Shown here piece after piece: positions 56,600 to 64,000 of a DNA stretch of 64,000 nucleotides; position 1 is the first letter of the stretch; every line of letters starts with the position of its first letter. Origin of the DNA: an uncultured virus (IMG/VR IMGVR_UViG_3300046511_000152) (lineage: Duplodnaviria; Heunggongvirae; Uroviricota; Caudoviricetes); the IMG/VR virus record IMGVR_UViG_3300046511_000152; one strand, written 5' to 3'. The notes under the pieces are model-generated. The model was not told the DNA's origin. It saw only the letters and a list, made by a program, of their open reading frames with translations, and ran no database searches. The position numbers were made by a program, and so were the translations under genes.

Positions 56600-57223
56600 T
56601 CAGCACCCCTTCGGCAACTGATCCGTCCGGGGGCGGATGATGGACAACACCTTGCGGACGAAGATCGGCTCGGGGAGCATCCGCATCACCGCGCGTGCCC
56701 ACAGGAAGTCGTGGATGTTCTTGTCCTTGTCGAACTGCTCCCACGTCGGAAGCCCCTCGATGTTGGGCATGACGAGCATCGGGGTCCCAGTGTTGCAGAG
56801 CCTGATCTCAGGGTCAGCCCACAGCAAGCGGCCATCACCGTACTCCATCTGGAAGACGAGGAGTTTGTCCGGGTAGCGAACGATTCGATCCCTCGCTGCG
56901 GCGAGTGCGTCGGCAACGAAGATGTCATCGTCGTCACAGAACATCAGGTGTGTCCCCTTCGAGATGGCGATACCGTGGTCTCGCTGTGAGGCCCCGCTGT
57001 TGCGCGTGCGCTCCTCAGTGCGTGAGAAGATCAGGTTCGCTCCGGTGGGGATGCCATCGAGTGGGATGGCAGGCCAGTAGTCACCCAGCCCATCATGCAC
57101 CACGATCAGTTCGTCCCCGGCCCGAAGCTGGCCGAGGATGCTCATGACGGTGGCCTTCAGGCTCAGGCGTCCCTTCGTCGGGACGATGACACTAATGCGG
57201 ATGTCCTTGTCATCGAAGTCCAT
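56600..57223 (-). CDS. GT2 glycosyltransferase
   Basis: ISVIVPT..R, ELIVVHDG and HLMFCDDDD motifs. Confidence 0.85.
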   Translation of the reverse strand: MDFDDKDIRISVIVPTKGRLSLKATVMSILGQLRAGDELIVVHDGLGDYWPAIPLDGIPTGANLIFSRTEERTRNSGASQRDHGIAISKGTHLMFCDDDDIFVADALAAARDRIVRYPDKLLVFQMEYGDGRLLWADPEIRLCNTGTPMLVMPNIEGLPTWEQFDKDKNIHDFLWARAVMRMLPEPIFVRKVLSIIRPRTDQLPKGC

Positions 57224-57436
57224 TCTTGTCCTCCCTGCTCTGTGCCTCCATCATGATCTCGTGGAACATCCGGCTGATGGCCTGCATGTACATGCTGGTG
57301 GTTGCCGGTTCCTCCTCGTGATCGGTGACGATGGCTTGTCGGTAGAACGTCATGCCCTGAACCTCGGCCCGGACCTCGACGCGGCGGGTGTCACCAGTGT
57401 ACCGGGTGATGCGCTCGACTGCAACGAAGAAGCGGC

Positions 57437-58165
57437 TCATTGAGGCACCCCGTCCCACAGTTGGAACTGGCGAGCATACCGCAACTCGGGTACGTCAACC
57501 CCGATGATGTTCATGATCTGCTCCCGTGTGGGCTTGATGATCGAGATGATCTCGGGGTGCCAGACGACCGGACAACCTGTCGCTTGATGGTAGTTGTGCA
57601 TCACCCAGAAGTCCTCACTGATGTTCGCTACCCCGTTCGAGGCAGAGCGGTCCCACTTCAGGAGGGGGCTATTCGGCATGACGTACATCGAGCCACCGAT
57701 GTTGCCCAACCGGATCAGGCCCTCATGGCCCCACATGACGCGCTCGTTGTTGACCACGACTGAGTCGGGGCTGGTCCACTGGCCCTTCACACCGTACTGC
57801 ATCCGGAAGATGTGCCATGCGGTGGGGTTCTCAGCCGCTGCCAGTCTCCCTCGCGAGAGTGCGTCAGGAAGGAACAGGTCGTCGTCATCGATGCACATGA
57901 GATGCGTGCCCTTCGCCACGGCCCGGCCTGCATCACGCTCGGGTCCACCGCTCGGGTAGCCGGGCTGGGTGCTCAGGGTCGCACCTGTCGTTGGGTCACA
58001 CCCACCGTTGTCGAACGGCACCCACACGAACTCCCGGTCGGCCTCGGGTTTCCGGGGACTCACCACGATCAGTTCGTCTTCGGGTGATAGCTGCGAGAGG
58101 ATACCCTTCACCACACGCTCTAGCGACGGCCGCCCACACGAGGGCACGATCACACTGAGACTCAT
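57437..58165 (-). CDS. GT2 glycosyltransferase (paralog of 56600-57223)
   Basis: LSVIVPS.GR, DELIVV, GTHLMCIDDDD and ED motifs. Confidence 0.85.
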   Translation of the reverse strand: MSLSVIVPSCGRPSLERVVKGILSQLSPEDELIVVSPRKPEADREFVWVPFDNGGCDPTTGATLSTQPGYPSGGPERDAGRAVAKGTHLMCIDDDDLFLPDALSRGRLAAAENPTAWHIFRMQYGVKGQWTSPDSVVVNNERVMWGHEGLIRLGNIGGSMYVMPNSPLLKWDRSASNGVANISEDFWVMHNYHQATGCPVVWHPEIISIIKPTREQIMNIIGVDVPELRYARQFQLWDGVPQ

Positions 58166-58872
58166 AGTTCCCCCCAGAGGCGGTCGAGGTTTCGGACCAC
58201 GCCGATCTCGCCCGTGCTCATCTGTGCCATCTTCATGTAGTGAATCTGTCTCATCCGCTCCATCTCAGCCCCGAGGTTGTGGCGCTCGTGAGGCATGTGG
58301 ACAGCGGTGATATCCGGGTGGTGGAAGAACTTGACGCCCATCATGTTCAGGCGGAAGGCAAGGTCATCATCCTCGTAACCGTACTCGGTGAAGTCCTCGT
58401 CGTACCCTCGGAGGAAGCGGAGGGCCTTGGTGTCCATGCCACCGAAGAGGAAGTAGGGGCGCTGGCTGCCGGGAACCTCGACACCGTTCTCGGTGATGCG
58501 GGCGAGGTGTGCGTGGTTGTCCTGAGCGACCATGTGGTCGTACAGCTTAGACAGCGCGTCGTGCGAGGGCACGATCCCAGTGTGACACATCACGGTGAAC
58601 CGCCCCTTGGAGCGGAGGATACCGGCGTTGAGGGGCCGCGCCGGGTTGAGCCACCGCGTACCACCGCGCTCGATCCGGAAGTACTCCACGTCGTACGGAA
58701 GTTCCTCCAGCACGGCGGGCACGTTCTCGATGCTGGAGTCATCCACCACGATGAACTGGTGGCTCACATCGATGCGCGGTCCGTACATGAACGCCGCCAT
58801 CGTCTGGCGGAAGTGCTCGACCCGGTTGTGCACCGGGACGACCACGGTCAGGTCATAGGTTGCTGCTGACAT
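58162..58872 (-). CDS. GT2/GT7-like glycosyltransferase
   Basis: VVVPVHNR, IVVDDSS, LNAG and GYDEDF..YGYEDDDL motifs. Confidence 0.85.
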   Translation of the reverse strand: MSAATYDLTVVVPVHNRVEHFRQTMAAFMYGPRIDVSHQFIVVDDSSIENVPAVLEELPYDVEYFRIERGGTRWLNPARPLNAGILRSKGRFTVMCHTGIVPSHDALSKLYDHMVAQDNHAHLARITENGVEVPGSQRPYFLFGGMDTKALRFLRGYDEDFTEYGYEDDDLAFRLNMMGVKFFHHPDITAVHMPHERHNLGAEMERMRQIHYMKMAQMSTGEIGVVRNLDRLWGEL

Positions 58873-60650
58873 ATGAACTCCTTGATGGCCGTGAGGACCT
58901 CGTCCTTGGTCATGACGTAGCCCGTGGGGTCGTAGACATCGTAGTTGTGCCACATGCGGTACGTGCTGCGCCAGTCAGGGATGTGGAACAGGTCCACAAG
59001 TTCCCGCACCGTCACTGCCTCGGTCACGATGTTGCGCTCCATGATGTCCTGATCCCGGGTCCACTGGATGTCGGACCACAGCCGGGTCAGCGGATACCAC
59101 TGGAACTTGGAGTTGATCGACTCCTCGTGAATCTTCGTCGGGTAGTGCAGGAGATCGTAGATCAGGTTCTTCTTCAGGCCGGGGCCGAACAGGCCGGGCA
59201 GGCGGATGACGCGGCACTTCGGGAAGTGGTCCTTGGCCCACCGCTCCAAGTCCTTCCGGTGCCGACCGTAGTCGGTGGACGGGAGGTTGTAGTACGGATG
59301 ATCGAGGGCATCGATGGTGCTGAGGAGGATGAACTCATCAGCCGTCGTCTTGCCCAGCATCTCCTTCAGCCGTTCGACTGCCTTCCAGTCTTCGTTCGGA
59401 TGCAGGTTCGCCTCCCACTTCGTTCCACTGGGGGCAGCACACACGATCTGATCGTAGTGGCCGGGAGCCAGAGGGCGGGTGGAGTTAGACAAGTCTGTCC
59501 AGCGCCCTTCCGCCATGAGCGAGTTACCGACAAGCCCAGTGAACCCCACCAAGGCTCTCCGTCCACGCCGGAGTACGCCAGTCTTGCCCTCCTGCATCCA
59601 CTCCCCTCGCTCGATCTCATCGACGGCATCGTAGAACGAGTTGAACTTGGAACCCAGTATTGAAATGACCCGAGGAGACTCGTTCGCATACTCCCACAAG
59701 ATCGGTCGTCCATCGTTCTCCTCGTTCTGCGCCAGTACGACGCGGGTGGTCCACAGCGAGCGGAGGTACTTGGCCTCGGCCATGATGGGGACGAAGCGGG
59801 CAGCGTCGGTCTGCATCTCTGCCCACTTGGTGAGCTTGTCCAATGGAGGGTGAGCCTCGTCGTTGAACCACTCGAAGTGCGGGGTGTGCGTGACATGCGT
59901 GAGTGCGTGCAGTCCGTTGGGCGGGTACTTCATGACCGACCAGTACGGCCCGTCCATCACGGTGATGTCCGTATCCTGAAGCTCGCGAGGGATCGAGCAC
60001 AGCGCGACCTCGACCCACTCCTTCTTCAGCTTGGTCTTGAGGTCCACGGTCTTGTCGAGGTTGGCGTACGTGCAGTTGAAGACGTAGCGCCCGTGCATCA
60101 GATACCAGTACTTGTCCATCGTGACCTGAACCTCGACGTACTTGCCGGTGTCCACGAGCGGGAGGCCCGTCCCCTTGATGACAGGGATGCGAGCGATGTG
60201 AATCTGCTCACGGATCATCTCACGGAGGATGTTCACGTTGAAGCTGATCTCCTCGACCTGATACACAGCCTCGATCAGCTTGGGATCGAACAGGCTCGGG
60301 ACAGTGGGCACGCGGTCCACCGGGGCACCGATCTCCCTCGCGACGCGCTCGAACTCGTCCGGGCTCGTCTTGCTGTCCTTCGCGATGGCGTACAGGTGCT
60401 CGACGTTGGGCACCATGGCCGCAGCGTGGTCCACGAGGAAGCGACGGTAGTGCTTGGCCGCTGACAGGGCGGTGGCTGCGAAGCGGGGGTAGTGCATCCC
60501 GCTGTGCACCCGGGCCTGATTCACCTCGGTTGCACCGTGCATGAGACTGTCGGGCTCGATGATGCAGACCTTGAGGCCCACGTTGTGGAGGGCCAGAGCG
60601 ACCTTGCATCCGTAGAATCCCCCTCCCAACACAATCGCGTCGTAGTTCAC
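58848..60650 (-). CDS. FAD-dependent oxidoreductase fused to an NAD-dependent epimerase/SDR-like domain
   Basis: N-terminal GGGFYG and NQARVH.G.HYPR; C-terminal GFTGLVG, LSTID, YG.HR..LE and RLPGLFG. Confidence 0.85.
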   Translation of the reverse strand: MNYDAIVLGGGFYGCKVALALHNVGLKVCIIEPDSLMHGATEVNQARVHSGMHYPRFAATALSAAKHYRRFLVDHAAAMVPNVEHLYAIAKDSKTSPDEFERVAREIGAPVDRVPTVPSLFDPKLIEAVYQVEEISFNVNILREMIREQIHIARIPVIKGTGLPLVDTGKYVEVQVTMDKYWYLMHGRYVFNCTYANLDKTVDLKTKLKKEWVEVALCSIPRELQDTDITVMDGPYWSVMKYPPNGLHALTHVTHTPHFEWFNDEAHPPLDKLTKWAEMQTDAARFVPIMAEAKYLRSLWTTRVVLAQNEENDGRPILWEYANESPRVISILGSKFNSFYDAVDEIERGEWMQEGKTGVLRRGRRALVGFTGLVGNSLMAEGRWTDLSNSTRPLAPGHYDQIVCAAPSGTKWEANLHPNEDWKAVERLKEMLGKTTADEFILLSTIDALDHPYYNLPSTDYGRHRKDLERWAKDHFPKCRVIRLPGLFGPGLKKNLIYDLLHYPTKIHEESINSKFQWYPLTRLWSDIQWTRDQDIMERNIVTEAVTVRELVDLFHIPDWRSTYRMWHNYDVYDPTGYVMTKDEVLTAIKEFICQQQPMT

Positions 60651-60927
60651 TTGTTCAACTCCTTGATCTTGTTCCAGATGTCAGTGAGCATCATGATCCG
60701 TTCCTCGGTCATCTCAGGAACGATCTCATCAACATCAGACGGGGTGATCATGATGTCCACCCCGTTCGTCGGACCGTACACCGACCACACACCAGCGCGA
60801 CGCTCGATGCGGAGGGTGCCGAAGACCCGGGACGTGGCTTCCTCGTTGGTGTTGAGCATGGCGGTGAGGAAGTACGCGAGCAACTGAAGCTGCGGGTTGC
60901 CAGCGTTGACGAAGACGGGGCGGTAGG

Positions 60928-61101
60928 TCACTTGTCGTTCCAGTGGATCATCAGCCAACCGAGGCCGATGAGCAGGAGACTGCCGAGGAAGACGACGCCG
61001 GGAATCCAGAGGGGGGCGGTGACGATCCACCACGACCAGCCGATGACGTGCGTGAGCTTGAGGACGAGGAACACGAGGAACAGCGCGACAGGTAGGCTCA
61101 T
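60928..61101 (-). CDS. small membrane protein
   Basis: LFLVFLVLKLTHVIGWSWWIVTAPLW motif; not in the ORF track (57 aa). Confidence 0.7.
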   Translation of the reverse strand: MSLPVALFLVFLVLKLTHVIGWSWWIVTAPLWIPGVVFLGSLLLIGLGWLMIHWNDK

Positions 61102-61385
61102 GACCGGAACACTCCGAGGAGATCGCCTTCCATGACGAGGTAGAACGTCTCTTTCACTCCCGTGCCCGCCACATCGAGTGCAACAGGAGTGCCTGAGTAC
61201 TTGGTAGTGACAACAGTCTCAAGAGGTCGGACACTGCTGCACTTTGGGCCAACGGCGATGACAAGAGCGAACTGAGACTCTTTCGTCTCGTCAAGGTGCA
61301 CAACCTCAATGAGGGTGGACTTGAGCAGGTCTTCATCGAGCCTCTTGATCAGGACCCGAGAGCCCTGCGGTGTGAGTGTGGTCAT
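61098..61385 (-). CDS. groES: GroES-like co-chaperonin
   Basis: LTPQGSRVLIK, VIAVGP, KYSGT and EGDLLGV motifs. Confidence 0.85.
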   Translation of the reverse strand: MTTLTPQGSRVLIKRLDEDLLKSTLIEVVHLDETKESQFALVIAVGPKCSSVRPLETVVTTKYSGTPVALDVAGTGVKETFYLVMEGDLLGVFRS

Positions 61386-62760
61386 CTGCGATCTCTCCAT
61401 TCGTAGCTCATCGAGGCGAGGCACCAACCGATGCCCGCGTCGTTGATGAAGTCGAGGACCTGTGCAACTGTCCCTGTGTGTGGAGGCAGGAGCCGGGACA
61501 GCGTGAACAGCGCAAGCGGAAGCAGGTAGCGGGGCATCAGCCCTCCACGGTGAGGAAGACGATCTTCTGCGTATCCCGACGGCGGCGGAAGATGCGGATG
61601 GTGTTGGAGAGCATGTCGGCCTCGATGGCAACGACAGCATCCACACCAGCAGCAGCACCATCCACGTAGAGCTTGTCAGCACCCAGCATGAAGCGGTTCT
61701 CCATCTTCAACTCAGGTGCGGCTGAACTCTTTGGCTTCGGCTTCTGTAACGAGGACACGGATCATACCTCCGGTGGTCTTGGCGACACGAGCCGCCGAGG
61801 GAAGGTTCTGGAAGATCAGGGCGTACTCCTTGTTGCTGGAGAACTCCATGGGTGTACCATCAGACAGGAGCGATGGCGAGTACTCGGACTGCCAGTAGTC
61901 GAGGCTGCCGAACTCCTTGCAGACGACGTACCACGGGGCGAGGGTGCTGGGCGCGCTCACTTCTGCACCGTCACGAGGCGGGGCTTGGCGGTGGCGACGG
62001 GCCACTTCTTCCCGTTGACCACGGTCCAGTGCAGGACCTGCACGTACAGCTTGCCGTGCTTCATGGTGTAGACCACGTCGTCGGTGTCGTTCTCTCGGTA
62101 GACTTGGAAGCTCATTCGGTTTCCCTCCATACTGTTTGAACTACCGACGCGATCACGCCGGGTGAAACGATGAGAAGCAGCATGATCGTGGTGAGGACGC
62201 GGACGGGGATGACCCACAGGGCTCTCATGATTCCTCGAACGGTGGTAGTGCTCCGGGTTGGTGACGCCTGACGCCCTCGTTGGGCGGGCGGTACTTCTTC
62301 TCACGGCGCATCTTGCGGGGCTGGCGGCGTTCCTGCTCTGCCTGCTCCAGCGCATCCTCAAGCTGCTCGGGTGAGAGTGAGACGTGCTTCAGTGGATCGT
62401 ACTTCATCGGGTCTCCGGTGGTTCGGTCGGCCATGGGCAGTGCTCTTGCGCGTAACCCAGCGCACGCGGCGGCACCCACTCGTAGCGGAGATCGTCCGGG
62501 CCGAGGGAGTGACCACACTTCGAGCAGTACGGAATGCCTTCCATCATGGATCGGCAGTGAGTCAGGGCAGAGCAGCAGCGGGAGAACTCCTCGAAGTAAC
62601 CACGGAGCCAGCCGGTGAAGATGGTGGTATCCATGATCCGAGACATCTCCGCGAGCGCCGACCGCAACTGGTTGACGTAGTCGGAGTTGAAGCTCATCGG
62701 TAGAACTTCGGCGTCGTCATTTCCGCCGCTCCTTTGTCCTGATACAGTGACAGTTGGCAC
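61382..62760 (-). other. several small hypothetical ORFs
   Basis: Coupled short ORFs, e.g. 61382-61537, 61537-~61704, 61712-~61960, 62225-~62407, 62404-~62697. Confidence 0.55.
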
Positions 62761-63073
62761 AGACGAGGTCGCACTTGATGATCTCCTTCAACACTGTAGC
62801 CCACCGATAATGTCCGGCACGATCACCGATCTCGAAGCGTTTACGGCCACGGACATGATCGAACTGCATACACTCGACTGGGTATGAAAACCCACAATCG
62901 GTGCACGGGTTGTCCTTCAACTCGTTCACGGCATCCCGTCGAATCCGGTCACGGACTTTCCGAAGAGCCTCGGCTCGGCGGTTGAAGAGCTTCCTATGGG
63001 TGAGTCGCCACTGCTTCGAGCGAGCGATCACGGCGCTCCGATTCCGCTCGTAGTACCGACGTTGGGGTGTCAT
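62717..63073 (-). CDS. HNH endonuclease (paralog of 49303-49695)
   Basis: PCTDCG..YP.ECMQFDHVRGRK...KCDLVCANCH. Confidence 0.85.
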   Translation of the reverse strand: MTPQRRYYERNRSAVIARSKQWRLTHRKLFNRRAEALRKVRDRIRRDAVNELKDNPCTDCGFSYPVECMQFDHVRGRKRFEIGDRAGHYRWATVLKEIIKCDLVCANCHCIRTKERRK

Positions 63074-63246
63074 CTGTAAAAGCGTGGAGTCGGTCCACCC
63101 TGCGGTGGGCCGGGCATGGAAGGCACGAGCACCATGTCACCACCGCACGTGGGGCACGTCATCATGTCCCGCCGTGTGTCCACACTACGCATCTCCTCGA
63201 TGACCCGGTGACAGTCACCCTGACATTCGTAGCTATACAGCGGCAT
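63070..63246 (-). CDS. FmdB-like zinc ribbon protein
   Basis: MPLYSYEC...C...CPTCGG. Confidence 0.8.
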   Translation of the reverse strand: MPLYSYECQGDCHRVIEEMRSVDTRRDMMTCPTCGGDMVLVPSMPGPPQGGPTPRFYR

Positions 63247-63405
63247 CAGTGTCTCCCGAACACAATCGCCATGTCGGCGTCGTGAGCTAGGCATCCGGGG
63301 CAGCCCTCATGAGCATCCCGTTCACCCTCGTGTACGTTGCAGTAGTAGTGGTTGTACGAACCCCTCCGAAGAAGTCGTCGGGCCGCAGCGAGTTGACCCT
63401 CCAAC

Positions 63406-64000
63406 CTACTGATCTTTCGTTGTTGTACCGTGATCATCGGCAACCTCCAGAGCATGGAACAGGACACGGCCGCGAGGCTGCTTCTCCTTCACGACCCGGG
63501 GCTTGACCTTCAGCAACTCGGCAGCGAGCCGGGTGTAGACGGCGGACTGGAGAGCCTTGACGGTGGGGAACACAGCGGTCATCGACGGGTGCAGCCCGGT
63601 CGCGATTTGCTGGGCCGAGACTTGCTGCCCTCGTGCGGCTGTGCTCATCCAGCCGATGATGTCGTCGGTGAGACTGTCGGACAGGGCACCCTGCTTCTCG
63701 GCGGGGGGCTGGCAGTACACAAGGCTGGCCTCAGCTTCGGTCCCGGCCCCGACGTTCATCTCGTAGTGGAAGGGCTCCGGTGTGATGCCCCGGAACTTCT
63801 TGAACTTGGCCTCGATGATGTACTGCTCCTTCTTCGTCTGGTTCAACTGGATGCGGTTGTCGAGCGCAGCCGGGGCAGCGTCAGCACCGCGCCAGCCCTC
63901 GCCGTCGTTGAACTCACCGATCTTGCCGTTATGGTGGAGGATGAGAACGGCGGCTCCGGTCTGCTCGGTGATGAAGCGGATGTTGCGGAAGCACTCCTCG
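63406..64000 (-). CDS. RepA/AAA_25-like helicase, C-terminal part (runs off window)
   Basis: Frame open to the window edge: TGAAVLILHHNGK...WRGADA..AALD. Confidence 0.75.
   Translation of the reverse strand, partial: EECFRNIRFITEQTGAAVLILHHNGKIGEFNDGEGWRGADAAPAALDNRIQLNQTKKEQYIIEAKFKKFRGITPEPFHYEMNVGAGTEAEASLVYCQPPAEKQGALSDSLTDDIIGWMSTAARGQQVSAQQIATGLHPSMTAVFPTVKALQSAVYTRLAAELLKVKPRVVKEKQPRGRVLFHALEVADDHGTTTKDQ

Noticed and set aside
1..64000. CRISPR array, integrase/att site, reverse transcriptase/DGR, terminal repeats
   Set aside because: No repeat-spacer periodicity, recombinase or RT motifs, or long direct repeats were seen by eye

Overview
This window is a large part of a GC-rich tailed dsDNA phage genome, apparently lytic and podovirus-like. 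No integrase, repressor, CRISPR array or rRNA was seen. It has three blocks. (1) 1-12863, minus strand: about 45 small, tightly coupled early/accessory ORFs, including a metallophosphoesterase, an HNH protein, zinc-knuckle, SEC-C, PRTase-like and kinase-like proteins. (2) 14098-42970, plus strand: terminase subunits, RNase H-like nuclease, portal, scaffold, major capsid, small basic proteins, a GT-B glycosyltransferase, adaptor/nozzle/fibre, ejection proteins (one polyvalent) and holins, ending at a bidirectional terminator. (3) 43032-64000, minus strand: exonuclease, HAD, endolysin, MazG-like protein, UDG-fused family A polymerase, HNHs, SSB-like protein, Sak4-like ATPase, primase, PD-(D/E)XK nuclease, RNA ligase, three GT2s plus an oxidoreductase-epimerase fusion, GroES and a truncated helicase. 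The most striking signal is in the 1.2-kb ORF-free switch region. A near-consensus sigma70 promoter drives a ~620-nt heavily base-paired leader that ends in a type III hammerhead ribozyme just before the first early gene, and two more structured RNA candidates lie downstream. Other notable signals are a 15-aa copy of a portal segment, conserved at protein but not codon level, inside a nucleotide-metabolism protein, and a multi-enzyme glycosylation system. All family names are from motif recognition by eye, not database searches.
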